This document shows positions 1 through 13,219 of a stretch of DNA of 64,000 nt, piece after piece. Location: positions 3,596,001 through 3,660,000 of the forward strand of contig OZ218956.1 in NCBI GenBank assembly GCA_965112735.1, read 5' to 3'. The notes under the pieces were generated by a model. The model made no database searches and was not told the origin of the DNA. It worked only from the letters and a program-made list of their open reading frames with translations. The stretch is from Phaeosaccion multiseriatum. Taxonomy: Eukaryota > Protista > Ochrophyta, other classes. The position numbers and the translations under genes were made by a program. Every line of letters begins with the position of its first letter. The first letter of the stretch is position 1.

Positions 1-64
1 TCCTCACTCCAAATCAACGCTCGGTCGTGCCAGACCTTAACCTACCTACCCAATTATCCCTTAC

Positions 65-633
65 CTCTCGATGATCTGTTTGGTATTGGCGGAGGAGGCA
101 GCCGGGTCCTTGAGCAGGTACAGCCAGCCGCCGTGCTCAATGGCCAGCTCCGCGAGCGTCTGCGAGGTGTCCACGACCGTCTCCAGCTTATCGTCCACAG
201 CTACCCCGTTGTTCTCCCCGCATCCCGCCTTGCCGCACACCTCACTCACAGTCTCAGACGGAGCCGAGTTTACGCGCTTCACAGAGCCGTCTGCTAGGCG
301 CACTCGCACCGTCAGCTGAGGAGAGAGAAGAGAAGGTAGGCGGCGGCGGCGAAGGAAGAGGAGGAGGAGGAGGAGGAGGAGGGGGGGGGGGGGGGGATGG
401 GGGGGGGGAGGAGGAGGAGAAGGGGGACATAAGCGGCAGACGGTGGCGAAGCGTCAAGAGGCTTGCCCACTGCTCTCTCTCTATCCATTTTCCTCCAGCT
501 CCACGTCCTCTCCCCAAATCGTCCTACTTCTCCTCTTCCTCCTCCTCTGCCTCACCTGGTTACTTGGGGTGGACCCGCTCGCTGTCCCGGCCACGAGCAA
601 GACCAGAGCCGCAGGAAGAAAGGTGAGCTTCAT
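65..633 (-). CDS. Npl4-like protein (N-terminal ubiquitin-like domain) with signal peptide; 5' exons only, gene runs off window start
   Basis: Exon 633-556 MKLTFLPAALVLLVAGTASG (hydrophobic signal peptide). Phase-0 GT-AG intron, then exon 315-65 LTVRVRLADGSVKRV...LAELAIEHGGWLYL, resembling the Npl4 N-terminal UBL (IRxRxxDG...L.HGD.LYL). Confidence 0.6.
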
Positions 634-1137
634 GACCACCTGCTGCCGCTGCTGGCTACTCCCTGTCACTGCTGACTGCTTCTGGTGGTTCCCTGCTTCT
701 TTGATGGCGTGCCTCTCTCTTTAGCTCCTCACTTGCACTACAACTCGCTGTATTAAGTGCTGTGAACACTTGTCCCCAGACAGAGCCAGTCTCCTCCCTT
801 ACGTAATTCCTTACGTAAGGTTATGGTTGGCATCCTGGGACAAGCCCCATGTGCCTTTGCCTGTTTTGTTTGAGCCCCCCCCGCCTTTCTCCGTTCTTTT
901 CTCCCTCCCTCTCTCCACATCCTACCTCTACTTCTCCTCCTCCTTCTCTCCATCCTCCCCCCTTACTTTTCATTGTAGGCGTTTGTCTTTGAAGCGCTCT
1001 TGTCCAACGGCACAGGAGCGGGGCGGTGTCTAGCGCGGATACGGGAACGACGGATATCAACAACGCTTTCGGTCTCATTAGGGGGAGGAGGAGGAAGAGG
1101 AAGAGGCGATAGCACGGCTGCGGGGTAGCCCCTCACC

Positions 1138-4100
1138 ATGGCTCGGCTAGTTCGGACCAAAAAGGGCAGCACCGGCACCCCCACCGGAGGAGGGGATGAG
1201 AACGGAAGCGGCCCCAGCAGCCCCTCCCCGGCCAGCGGTAGCACTCCGCCGAAGAAGCGCGTGCTGCAGAAGGGCAAGCTCCCTGGAGTCTCGAGGGGCG
1301 GCTCCGGGGATCCCGGTTCCGAGGCGATTGACGCAGAAGGAGGAGGAGACGGAGGCGGAGAAGGAGGTGAAGAGGAGGAGAACGGCAGGGGTGCAGGCGG
1401 CGAGGGGGAGGGCGACGAGAACAAGGAAACAGTACCCGCACCAGGAACAGCAGCACCAGCACCAGCACCAGCACCAGCACCAGTAGCAGCAGTACCAGCA
1501 GGAGGGGGAGGATCCACTCCTCCCACAGCGGTTGCCGCAGTACCTGTTGCTCCACAGGTACACGCCGTTGGTGCTCCTGCTGCTGGTGCTCCCGCTCCTG
1601 CTGCTGCTTTGCCGTCCTCGACGACGACGACCGCGCCACTAGCCTCTTCTGTGGCGGAAAGGGAGCAGGCCGCCGCCCCTGCTCCTTCACCCCTCCCTGG
1701 GCCACCCTTAGCCTCCAGCAGTCTAGCTGCGGCGGCAGCAGCGCTGGCGGCAACACAACACGCTTCCTCTTCTCCCGCCTCGTTGGCCTCTTCCCCTGCT
1801 CCTCCCCCGCCCTCCTCCGCCGTTCGCGTGACGCACCAGCTGACGTCTTCGCTGCCCCCTCTCGCTTCCGCTGTTGCCGCTGGGGCCCCAGCGGCCGCCC
1901 ATCAGGGGGTAGGGCACGGGCAGCATATGCGTAACAGCGGTGGCGCTTCTTCTTCTACTCCTTCTGCCATTACTCCTGGTGGGACGGGTGGTTATCTGGC
2001 ATCAGCAGCTGCCGCCGCCGCCGCCGCGAACTACGGCCCGCCCGGCACCGCCAGCGGCGCTGCCGGTGGCAACGGGGGCAAGACGTGCAGCAGGGAAGGG
2101 TGCGACAAGCAGCGCATACAGGGCGGCTTGTGCATTGCCCATGGGGCGCAGCTCAAGCGCTGTCACACCGAAGGGTGCACCAACAACGTCAAGCAGGGTG
2201 GGCTGTGCATCTCGCACGGGGCCAATGTGAAGCGCTGCGTGGTGGATGGCTGCAATAAGCACGTGCAGAGGCAGGGGAAGTGCGTGCAGCACGGAGCGGC
2301 GGTGAAGCGCTGCAAGACTGAAGGCTGTGAGAAGCAAGTCATTAAGAGTGGTCTCTGCGTAGCGCACGGGGCCAAGAAGAAGCGCTGCTCCAAAGAGGAC
2401 TGTGAGAAGCAGGCGCAGAAGAAGGGCCTCTGTATTGCGCACGGAGGGCACCGCTCTCGCTGCTCGGTGGAGGGCTGCGAGAAGCAGGCAGTGCAAGGGG
2501 GCAAGTGCGTGGGGCACGGGGCGAAGGCCAAGCGAAAGAAGTGTAGCGTCGAGGGGTGCGAGACTTTCGCCCAGGGCGGGCACGGCGGGATGTGCTGCAA
2601 GCATTCGAGGATCAATAATAGTGGTGCGGGTGCAAGTGGTGGCGCCAAGGATACTTCTCCTCGCCCTCCTGGTAGCAGCAGCAGCAGCAGCAGCAGCACG
2701 AACCAGCCTCCTCTCATCAGTGGGGCAATGGGCGGGGGTCCCACCACGGCTGCTGCTGCTGCGGCTACTGCGGCTTCTGCTGCTACGGCGGCGGCTTCTG
2801 CTGCTGTGATGGCGGCGGCGAGTGCGGCGGCGGCGAGTGCTGGTGGCCCTCCTCATGCTGCCACCGCTGGCGGCGCAACCCCGGCGGGGGGGCAAGGAGG
2901 AGGCGCCTCTCAGCTTGGACAAGGGCATATGGTGCAAGGCCACGGGGGCGGTGCTCCTCAGCAGATGGGCCAGCAAGGAAGCCAAGGAGGAGGCGCTTTT
3001 CAGATGGGCCAAGGCCAAGCTAGTGGTGGGGCTTCTCAGCAGATGGGCCAACAGAGGAGTGCTGCTCAGATGATGGGTCAAGGAGGAGGAGGAGGAGGAG
3101 GAGGAGGGGCGGCTCCGGCTCACCAGACGGCTGCCTCTCCTGCCAACGCTGCTCCTGCTCCTGCTCCTGCTGCCCCTCTGGCTGCTGCGATGGGGATGAA
3201 TGCGGGTAATGGTCCTTCTGTGGGGTCGTCTGCCCCCGCACCTGCGCCCCTGGCGGCTCTTGTCCCAAACAACGCGACTGCGGCAGCCGCAGCCGCTGCC
3301 GCTGCGGCCGCCGCTGCCGCCACTGCATCTGATCAAGAGAGTAGGAAGGTGGCGGCAGTAGCAGCAGCCGAGCAGGAGAGTAGGAGGATTGCTGGAGCAG
3401 CGGCAGCAACAGCCTCGGCAGCATCGGCGGCAGCACCGGCGGCAGCGGCGTCGACCCCTTTGTCTGTGGCGACCGATGCGATGGGAGGGATGGGAGGAGC
3501 GAGCACCGCTGGCCCTATCTACGGTGCCACAGCGGCCTGGCCCGTCGTCGGGGCTCGAGTGAAGCAGATCACCAACAGAGGAACACTGGCACCGGCGGCT
3601 GCTGCTGCTACTGTGTATCCTGTGACCAACAGAGGCGGCGGCGGCGGACCGGCCACTTATGGCAGCTATGGTAATAGTAACGGCGGTACGGCATCCTCTG
3701 CGGGGGGAGGCGCTCTACTGCAGCCCCAGCAGATTGGACAGATGCAGCAGCAGATGCAGCAGCAGATGCAGCCCATGGGGCACATGGGCCAACAGGTAGG
3801 GCAAGTGCAGCAGGCGGGACAGATCATGGCCGGCGGAGGAGCAGGAGGAGGAGGAGGAGGAGCAGCAGCAGCAGCAGCAGGAGGAGGAGGAGGTGAAGGA
3901 GGAGCAGGAGGAGGAGGAGGAGGAGGAGGAGGAGGGGAATGGGCACGAGGGGAGGGCCTTGCGGGCGCGGGTCCGGCTGCGGGCGCGGGTGCAGATGGGG
4001 GAGCGGGCGCGGTTGCCGGTGGGCTCGGCAGGCTGCCGTCCTTCTCAGGCCAAGTTCGCTCAGACACCGGCTATAGTGGAAGCACCACCGCCACCACCGC

Positions 4101-4395
4101 TACCACCAGCCCCGGCACGACCAGCAGCACCACCAACGGTGGCACAGCTGTTGCCACTACCGCTGACAACGTCAACGCCTTTCCGCCGTCGGATACTGCG
4201 GGAGGGGCAGGGGCGGGGCTGGGGACGAAGAGGGCGAGGATTGCGGCACCGTCTGGGAAGGAGCGGTCTTCTCTTGAGGGAGGAGGAGCAGGTGGAGGAG
4301 GGGGCGGAGGGGCGTCACCCAACAAGAGAGCCAAAGTCGTTGCTGCTGGTGCGCAATCACTGGGCCTTGAAGGGGAAGGGGGCAACCTCCGGTAG
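1138..4395 (+). CDS. Low-complexity protein with 7 tandem C-x4-C-x9-C-x2-H repeats (WRKY19-like zinc-binding repeat family)
   Basis: Uninterrupted 1085-aa ORF. Repeats such as CSVEGCEKQAVQGGKCVGHG at ~2086-2606, flanked by A/G/Q-rich disordered sequence. Confidence 0.85.
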   Translation: MARLVRTKKGSTGTPTGGGDENGSGPSSPSPASGSTPPKKRVLQKGKLPGVSRGGSGDPGSEAIDAEGGGDGGGEGGEEEENGRGAGGEGEGDENKETVPAPGTAAPAPAPAPAPVAAVPAGGGGSTPPTAVAAVPVAPQVHAVGAPAAGAPAPAAALPSSTTTTAPLASSVAEREQAAAPAPSPLPGPPLASSSLAAAAAALAATQHASSSPASLASSPAPPPPSSAVRVTHQLTSSLPPLASAVAAGAPAAAHQGVGHGQHMRNSGGASSSTPSAITPGGTGGYLASAAAAAAAANYGPPGTASGAAGGNGGKTCSREGCDKQRIQGGLCIAHGAQLKRCHTEGCTNNVKQGGLCISHGANVKRCVVDGCNKHVQRQGKCVQHGAAVKRCKTEGCEKQVIKSGLCVAHGAKKKRCSKEDCEKQAQKKGLCIAHGGHRSRCSVEGCEKQAVQGGKCVGHGAKAKRKKCSVEGCETFAQGGHGGMCCKHSRINNSGAGASGGAKDTSPRPPGSSSSSSSSTNQPPLISGAMGGGPTTAAAAAATAASAATAAASAAVMAAASAAAASAGGPPHAATAGGATPAGGQGGGASQLGQGHMVQGHGGGAPQQMGQQGSQGGGAFQMGQGQASGGASQQMGQQRSAAQMMGQGGGGGGGGGAAPAHQTAASPANAAPAPAPAAPLAAAMGMNAGNGPSVGSSAPAPAPLAALVPNNATAAAAAAAAAAAAAATASDQESRKVAAVAAAEQESRRIAGAAAATASAASAAAPAAAASTPLSVATDAMGGMGGASTAGPIYGATAAWPVVGARVKQITNRGTLAPAAAAATVYPVTNRGGGGGPATYGSYGNSNGGTASSAGGGALLQPQQIGQMQQQMQQQMQPMGHMGQQVGQVQQAGQIMAGGGAGGGGGGAAAAAAGGGGGEGGAGGGGGGGGGGEWARGEGLAGAGPAAGAGADGGAGAVAGGLGRLPSFSGQVRSDTGYSGSTTATTATTSPGTTSSTTNGGTAVATTADNVNAFPPSDTAGGAGAGLGTKRARIAAPSGKERSSLEGGGAGGGGGGGASPNKRAKVVAAGAQSLGLEGEGGNLR

Positions 4396-6438
4396 GCGAA
4401 GCAAGCAAAGGAAACATAGGGAAAGCCGGTGGGGTTATCTTCGGAAGGCAAAGACAGCAAAGCAAAGCAAAGCAGAGCAACGCAGTGCGTGTCTACACCG
4501 TGGAAGGCCTCGTGCTGAGGGCAGAGGGAGGGAAAGGGCGTGGCGTGTATGTATATTTGCAAAGGGGGGTTGGGGGGGGGACATGAGGTGACGTCACACA
4601 GGGTATGTGCGGCCCGAGAGGGTCAAGCAGTAGAACAGTTGATGATACAGAGAGTATCGTCAACAGTTGGGTGACACCAGCAGTCTTGCCTTACCAGGCT
4701 TGGGAGTAAGAAGTTATGATAGTACGTCAGAAAGCGTTTTAGTCAGTGAGTGAGTGAGTGAGCGAGTGGGTGGGTGCGTTCTCCCTCTCCTCGGGCGCTG
4801 CTGCTCCGCTGTGGATCGCGAGTGCGGGGGGGGGCTGTCCAGCTGTGTTATTGGGTATGGGGCATGGGGTGAGGCCGGCGCGGAGGGGGATGGCAGTGGA
4901 TGCACAAGGCTGGTCGGAGGCGTGCTGACTCTGAAGGAGTGAGCCGAGTCCAGGAGTGCAAGCACCTGCCCCCGTACATACGAGTCGTTAAGAAGTTTTG
5001 AGCTAAGGAAGGAGCCAGCATCACGAGTAGCGTGGGAAGTAAGTTCACTTAATCGAAGTATCTCAAACTCCACTCTACTGGTCCACCAATTATTTCACTT
5101 CATCTCTTACTTAAACTTAGTTACGTACTATGTGTCCTCTGGTGGGCCCTGCTTGGTCGGCACCACACCACACGATACCGAGAGGTGCTAATGAGTGAGA
5201 GCGTTGACCTCCCAAGAACACTACTGCCTCCGTCCGAGGCAGACACGGGCCGACGGGAGAACCTCCGACAGCAGGAGCGGTGCCTCGCCTTCCTCCTTGG
5301 CCCCTCACACCTCACACCTCCCCCCCTCCCCCCTCCGAAATGAAGCAAGCACAGCCCCGAGTCGGCATATATCCCTGGCCTATACTGCGGGGCCCGCCTC
5401 TCCTCCTCCCCACCTTTCTCCTCCTCCTCCTCGGTCAGTCGTCCCGTTCTCCACTTCTCTGCACAGCAGGAATCAACCGATCGATGGACAGAGGGCGGGG
5501 GCCAAGCAGCCCGCCTCTGGCCGGTCACAGGCATCGCTCACGGCCACCCTCCACCCCGAGCACCTTTACTTGTACCGCCCTTCCTTCTGTGCCAATCACG
5601 TCCTTTGTGTGTGAATGATCACCGCAGCTCCCTCCCTCGCTCTCTGCCTGTCTCCCTCCCCTACATTTGCTTTGGCTTTTGATCGAAGCCGACCCAGAGC
5701 CGCGTGTGTGTGTGCGCGCCATCAAATGCTCACGCATCAGAACCCACCTTACCTTCTCTCCCCCCCCATCCCCACCCCTTCCTTCCTGCTCCTAAGCCAC
5801 TCCTCGGCCCCCCAAGAGCAGCCCCTTCACCGCCTTGCGCAGAGAGAAGACCAATCCCTCACCCCTCCATCCGCAGGACTCCTTCCTTCCTTCCTTCCTT
5901 CCAAGGGAGACTTATCGACTTTCCGACTGACTTTCATACAATGCGCGGTATGTGTTGCGCGCGGGTTTAGCAACGGGACAGATAACTGCGCGTATGCTTC
6001 CATCATGGAGGATGCCGGGGCCCCAGGCAGGCATGGGGGGGCGGCTCGAGCACCAATCTCGGCCAAAAGACGCCAAGATGCTCGCTAGGGTCCCACAATG
6101 CGGACCTTTCATCACGACCTGCTGCTCTGCTGTTGCTTCGCTGATGGCTGCTGCTACTGATGCTGATACATGATGCTGCCAAACCAGACAGCAGCACGTG
6201 GTGTAATACCCTCAGAAAGAGAGGGAGAGAAAGAGAAAGAGAAAGAGAGAGGTAGAGAAGGAGAGAGAGAAAGAGAGAGGGCGAGAGAGATAGAGAGCAA
6301 GCGCCAACGATTGACCGCCCCTGCCATATTCCATCGTCGCCAACCAATCAGACCGACCTCGAGGCCGATCCTCCCCTCCCCTCACCTCCGTGTTCCGCTC
6401 TCTCACCACCCTCCCTATCCACCCCCTTCCTCCGCCGC

Positions 6439-8857
6439 TCACGTCTGCCAAATGCGAATGGTGCCGTCCTCAGACCCCGTCGCGTACGTGTTCCCATCGG
6501 GTGCATACCGCATGGTACGGACAGGTCCGTGGTGGCCCTTGTGGCACTCTTTCTCCTCCCCCGTGTTGAAGTCGAACACACGCACCCACAGATCGCAGCC
6601 CCCGGCCACGAACTTGGTCCCCGAGGGATGCAGCGTGCATCCGCCTTCCTCCTTAAAGTAAATCTGCGGTGAGCCCTGTGCTCGATTGAGCGTGCGAGGT
6701 AGGAGAGGAAAGAAGAGGAGAGAAGAGAAGAGGAGAGGAGAGGGGGTGGATCGGAGGATGGAGGATAGACAGAGAGGAGAGAGGACAATAGCAGAACCGG
6801 GGGATGGGAGGGAGACGTGAGCGTACGCATGGAGCGTGATAAAGGAGAGGGGGCTGAGCGAAAATACAAGGAGGCAAGGCACTTAGTTGCCCTGTCCTCC
6901 TCTCTCATCCCATTGAAATCGACCCCAGCACCAGCAAGGAAGATGGGTTGAAAACACACACACAAACCAACGGGGCAGACTGACGCACTCCGCACCCTCC
7001 TTCCTTAACTTGCCCTACTTATCCTACCACTACTTGCCCCACTTTACCCTCCTTGCCCTCCTTCCACTCCTTACTCTCTACTCACCGTGACGCTCTTGCC
7101 CATGGGCATTTTGTGCTTCTGTAGCACGCCCCAGGTGTTGGCGTCCAAGAAGGTGGCGTGCTCTCCGGCGGCGGTGGAGATAATGTCGAGGTTGCGGTGC
7201 ACCTCGACATCCTGAATAGGGCCGCCCAGATCGGCCGTTTTGACCACCTTTCGGGAGGACAGTGGATGGGGGCAACAAGTTGGAGGACAGTGGATGAGGA
7301 GAGGCGAGGGTGGTGGTGGACGGGGAGAGGAGAGGAGACGAGAAAAAATAATTAGCTCCACGTAAAAAACACAGATACAAACCACTGACGCAACATCAAT
7401 GAGACGGGCCCATCCACTGCCATCCATCAATCACAGCACTACAATCGTACTACGACACCATCCATCGCCACCAAGATGGCACTTGTCACGCCTTGCACAA
7501 GCAGAGGCATACGGGCAGGCCGCAAGCAGGGCAGGCAGGATATGGGTAGCATATGGGTGCACCGTACAGTAGCGTACCGTACCTCGCTGGTACGGAGGTC
7601 CCACTCTCTTAGAATGCCATCGGCTCCTCCGGTGATGATGGAGGAGGGGTCCTTGCCCCATCTGAGGCGAATGATGGCCTTCTTGCTCGTGGTGTCGGAG
7701 GTACGGAGCATTTGGGCCTCGCTGTCTGGGGAAGCAACGTCGAAGAGACGGACAATGCCCTGTGGAGGATTGTAAGGGAGGGAAGGAGGATTGAGGGAAG
7801 GATTCCGACTTGGCGGGGATGAAGAGCATGAAGACGGTGTCGAGCGCCCCCAACACGTGCTTCTCGATGCACGCAACGGAGAAGGTTAGTCAGTCTCCCC
7901 CTCCCTCCGCCCATACAACACGTTCAACAAATCGACACACCGACCTCTTGGCCCGCCGTGGCGAGCTTGCTCCTGTCGCTGGAGAAGCCCACGCTCTTGC
8001 AAATGTGCTTGTGAGCGAACTCGTGCACCTGCTCGCCGGTGATGGCGTCCCACAAGCGGGCCGTGAAGTCCGCAGATGCCGTGGCGGCCAACAGGGCTGA
8101 TCGCGGAGGGGAGGGGAGGGGGGTGGGGGGGGTGGGAATGGGTACAGGAGAGCAGAGCACAACAGAAACACAGCAGCGTAGGGCAGGACAGGGTAGAGCA
8201 GAGCAAGAGCAGCATGACCCACCTTGATCGTCCAGACACACACCCCACACAGCCCCCTTGTGGCCCTCGAACGTTCCTATCCAGTCCCCTGTGTCGGCCC
8301 TGCGGATCATGGGCGTCTTGGCTGACCACAGGAGAAGAGAAAAGGGGGCGGGAAAGAGGTTGGGAATGAAGGTCATGATCGCAGTATTGCTAGGGTGAGC
8401 AGGGTAAAGTCTTAAGCGTGGAGGGAATGCGGCTTCTCCTTCTCATCCAAATCGATGATGCTCTTCTCCACTCCAGAATTGCGATCCTTACACACGCGTC
8501 CCCAACACTCCTCCCTGATCATCCCGCCCTTTCCCCACCACCTCCCTGCGTCCTTTGCCTCCACCGAAGCACAGCCAGGCAAAGACAGCCCACCCTGCGT
8601 CCTTTGTCTCCACCGAAGCACCGCCAGGCAAAGCCAGGCCACCCCTCGTCATCATCTCGAAAGCTCGCTTCTTCCCTGGCCTTCCTACCCACCCCTCCTT
8701 AGCTCTCACCATGGCATCCGCTGATGAGGAAGACGCCGTCGTCGGTAGGCTGGCTGAAGGCAATTTCCGCAATGGGCCTGGAGTGTCCAGGGCACACAAT
8801 GGGGATCTGCCGAGCCGGCACAGGCGCCCCTCCCCCTCCACCAGCGAATTCAGTCAT
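6439..8857 (-). CDS. STRAP: WD40 protein STRAP/UNRIP (serine-threonine kinase receptor-associated protein), multi-exon
   Basis: Exons read [49 protein letters not shown] and [30 protein letters not shown], with GT-AG boundaries. Confidence 0.92.
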
Positions 8858-9302
8858 CGCAATTCCCTTTCGGATCTTCCTGGAGCCTTCACCGACACTG
8901 CCCTCAGACCTTTGCTGTTGCTGCTGCAGTTAGCCTTGGATTGAGCAAGCCAAAGGGGGGGTGGAGGATCGGGGAGGCTGTACGCAGAGAAGGGAACAGT
9001 GAGGGAAAATAAGATCCTTACGTAAGGGAGGAGACTCCCTCCCCCCTTCCCCTTTGGTCTCCCAACTAAAAGGCCAAGCTCTCTTTACAGAGGCCCTCTG
9101 CCCTTCTATTTCTCTCGGGAATCTCTCCAAGCCCCCTTGATCTGAAGGGGTGAGGCTACTTCAAGCGGGCGTTTAAGAAGAGGGAGAAGATCGAACAGGA
9201 TCGAACAGGGCAGGGCCGGAAGGGGTTGGATAATAGAGCGGCAACTTGTCAGAGACTAGGGATCTGCTCGGGCGCCTGTGGCTCTCCAAGGGTAGAGTAT
9301 AC

Positions 9303-9345
<43 letters not shown>

Positions 9346-9349
<4 letters not shown>

Positions 9350-9988
9350 ATCTCTCCCCGGGAGGAGAGCTGCTGACACAGGCGACGAGAAGACTCGGGA
9401 GAGACGACATGGCAGGGGTGTCGGTGGGGGAGTGGTGCCTCATAATTATCGGGTTTGTGATTGTTGGCCTTTTCGTTGACCGGTTTACCCACAAGAGTTG
9501 GTTGTGCTGCCGGTGGTGCGCCCGTTGCTGCGACACGTGCTTGAACGGAAAGGTCAGTGGGGGGCATTCCATTCCCTATGCATGTGCTGCTGTCTTGCTT
9601 TGATGGGCCTGTTGGCACTCACAAGTGATGACTGACAGTGTTAGAGAGCAGCAAGCAGAGCTTGTAGTTGGGTAGCGAGATTCTTATCTGGGAGAGGGAA
9701 AGAGAGAGAGAGGGAAGAGAGCCGAGCTGACACCCCCCCCGACCCCCCCCCCCCCCCCCCTGCAAACGATACCGACCACAGCCGCTAGAACCCGAAGTGC
9801 CCCCCCCCCCCCCATCACCCAAGCGAGGCTACGTCAAGGAGTACGACGAGGACTTCCACAAGGGGGGGGGCTGGAACCTGCAGCAGCAGGGCAGAGTTCT
9901 CAAGGACGAGGAGGTCGGCTATGGAGGGGCCGTCATTGGGGACGCGGACGCATACAGATACGAAGACGCACCGAGCAGCAGGGCGTGA
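9346..9988 (+). CDS. Small predicted single-pass membrane protein, probably 2 exons
   Basis: Hydrophobic segment WCLIIIGFVIVGLFV followed by Cys-rich CCRWCARCC and a donor near 9552. A downstream ORF ends at 9988. Confidence 0.4.
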
Positions 9989-10919
9989 CGTGACGTGACA
10001 CGTGATGTGGTTGATACAGGGGGAAGAGCGGTGTGTGGGTGCGTGCGTGGGAGGAACCGCGAGGAGTTAAGCTCATCAGCGTCTTGTCTTGGCAGGCATA
10101 GGGAGAGAGAGAGAGAGAGCACGAGGGGACGGGTCGGTCTGTCTGTGGTCAAGAGAGAGAGAGCATGCGGGGCCTTTTGGCGGGTCTATACTCGGCCTCC
10201 AAGACCCTCGAAAGGAAGCACCCCAGCAGACAGAAGGCGCCGCCAAGGCGAGGGGCTTGAGTCCCTGTTCATAGAGGACGAAGCGAAGCAGCGGCGAAGG
10301 GCCAAGGTGCGGTGCATGGGAAGGAGAGGCCCCTTGTCCTCACCTCACCTACACTTGAGCTCTTGAGGGTGTGCCCCGAGCCAAGTGGAGAATGTAAAGA
10401 AGCCCGTGGGCATGTGCTGGATCAAGATTCCTTTACTGCTCTGCTGTCGATGCATTCAGGCTTCTCCTGAAGTGCTTCGGTGTGTAAGGTCCCGTACGTG
10501 GATATCCCAACAATAGAGTAGAGAGAAAATAGAGGGAGGGGGAAAGAGGCTGCGGTCGCCCTCTCTCTCCCTTTACTCTCAATAATAATCAGTGAACACT
10601 CGATTTGCGTAAGAATCGCCCAAATCTCCTGTTTTTTGGGGGTCGGGCGGCAAGGGGGAGTGCTCTTGCAGAAATGCTGTCAAGTAGGGAAGGCGATGAA
10701 AGCCGAAAGACTATGGAATGGATCGATAGGCATCTCAAAGAGCTACACGTAGAGCTCTAGCGCTTCTCCTTCTCCCAGCGTCATTTTTCTTCCCCAAAGG
10801 CCCAAAGGGGGAAACTGAGCGTTAAAATTGATACAGTACGTAGCCCACACCAAACGAGAAATGCCTCTTCGGTCTGCAAGGCTTGTGAGGTGTGGAGAAC
10901 AATCTCAATGCTCTTGCTC

Positions 10920-13219
10920 TCAGAAGATGCCTCCCGCTGCGTCCGCGTGCCCCTTGTACTTGGAGAGCTGAGAGTCAATGCGCATGATGGAGTTCTTGAC
11001 GTCCGCCAGCTGTGAGTGGATGTACTGCCGGGCAGACACCAGCGTCTGCAGCGCAGGGGGGATGTGGAGGACCAGGAGAGGACAAGCAGGGAACAAAGAG
11101 CGGAAGGGCGGACAGGGTAATGTGAATGTGAAACTCCTAGCTACGAAGAAACGAACGAGGGGGGGGGGGGGGGGGTATCAGTGTGGATAGGGTTGGGCTC
11201 ATAAGAAAGAGGGGCTCCTGGACATCACACATCACCCCACATGGAGGTTAGAAGGATGCGTGTGGAGCCGGGGCGCTTTCCCGAGGCCCTTCTACTTGCA
11301 CGGGCTCTTACTGCTCCTACTGGCTCCTACTGCTCTTCCTCCAGGCCCCCAACAACAGGAGCCTTGTTGGCGGCGTGCCATTGTAGTAGGGCGCTTCGAG
11401 GCGAAGCTCAGAAGGCTCGCCACCAAAGCCCATGAAGCAAGACACGTAACCCTACATAATATACCACGACCCCGAGCACGCACCTGCAGGTCCTTGGTGT
11501 CTGAGATTCGCTCGAAGTGCTCCGCGAACTCGTGCTCCATAGGCAGCCCATCTTGGCCCTGTCATAAGCAAACAGACACACGCAACGGAAGGAGCAGCAT
11601 CAGCAGCAGGGACGGAGGAAGCAGAGGCAGTAGCAGTGAGCGACAACGGCTCCAGGCGGAGGAAGAGGAGAGTGGTGGGGTACCCTGCTGGGCTCGCCAG
11701 GTCTCCCGAGGAGGTAGATTCTGTCCTGTCAAGCGTCTGTGGTCTTGCCTGACGTTCCCCTCCCTGCCTCCCTGCCCTCCTTGACTTGAGCACGACAAAT
11801 TCCACCGATGCCCCCCCCCCACCCACCCACCCACGGTCCAATGGGAGAATTCCCATTTAGAAAGAAGAAAATCCCCCCCCCCCCCCCCTCCCTCCCTCCC
11901 TCCCATCCACTGCCATCCCTGACCTCCATGAGTTTGTCGAAGTGTTCCTCGGTGGGGTCTGTGAAGACCACCTCGTCGTAGTGCTCACTCATGACAGGCA
12001 CGTGTGTGGTGAGCGTGGTGCTCGGGTCCGGGTACAGCTTGAGGTGGTGCACAATGTCTAGAGGAGACTCGGCAGGGTCCTGGACACACACACACACAGA
12101 GAGAGAGAGAGAGCGGAGACGATAGTCATATGGGGAGGAAAAGGGCATATGGGGAGAAGACGAGGGGGGGCGGTAATAAGCTGGTGCATAAGGGACGCCG
12201 TGGCACCGTTGGGCGGGGCCATCTGCTCGGGCTTCACTTGACCTGGTGCGTTCGTCTTCTCACGAGAACGAAGCACCTACCCCCGCCTCATCGACTGACG
12301 ACTGACGAACTGACCCGCTGGACTGGCTGACTGAACGACACACTAACCGACTAACTGTCCAACTGACCAGCTGACGGACTAGTCAACAGACTGACTGACC
12401 CGAGTCACTGACCAACCGACCGACCAAGTGACTGTCTACCTGAAGGACCAACTCACGTTAAAGTGCAGCGAGATCTTAATGTCGAACTCCCCCCAGCCCA
12501 TCTCCGTCACTTGGTAGGGGTACTTGGTCAGCACTCGAGTGGGCTCTGGGAAAGACGAGTGCAGGTGGAACACCACCTTGCTCACGAGGTAGCTGATGTC
12601 TTCGTTGTTGGGGCCGCGGACGAAGACTGTACCATACAAACGATTATCCCCATACACACGGCAACAGCAGCAACAAGAGTGTTCGTGTGTAAGTAGAGGG
12701 GGCAGGAGATTAGAAGCCCGGTTGGCCAGCGGAACAAAAGTAGCCTCCGCGGATTAGTGACAGAACTCTTAAAGCGAAAGGGTGTGGTAAATCGCCCTAC
12801 AACCACACCAAGTTGGGCTTCAGAAACACTGGCCAGAACGAAAAAGAAAAGAAAAGAGGGATTCTTGAGCTTCCGTACTCACTTGTCCACCGGTGGGTGT
12901 GGAGTTCGTCTGCCTTCTTCCCCAGCCAGAAGGCAATGCTCCCATACACGATTGGACAGCATACAGTCACTCCGCGCTTCCTAGTCCTCCCCTTACTCCC
13001 CGTTGCCACTACTGCGCCGCTGGGCGCGGCTGCTGCTGCTGCTGCTGGTGGTGGTGCTGCTGCTGGTGCTGCTGCGGGTGCTGTCGGTGGTAGTGCTTGT
13101 GGCGGTGCTCCGGCCGCTACCCCCTGCCCCCAGGCAGCGTCTCCCCCAGGTTGGGGCTGGGGTACAGCAGCAGCTGGAGCGGCTGCAGCAGGGGGGAAGG
13201 GTGGAGGTAGTGGATTCAT
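10920..13219 (-). CDS. YAF9: YEATS-domain protein Yaf9/GAS41 (NuA4/SWR1 subunit), 5 exons
   Basis: PIVYGSIAFWLG..HTHRWT|VFVRG..VSKVVFHLHSSF..PYQVTEMGWGEFDI..HHLKLYP..EHYDEVVF, then a C-terminal coiled coil ending at TGA 10922-10920. Confidence 0.93.

Noticed and set aside
4400-6400. Short overlapping ORFs between the CCCH-repeat gene and STRAP
   Set aside because: No recognisable motifs or consistent exon chain; likely UTR or intergenic.
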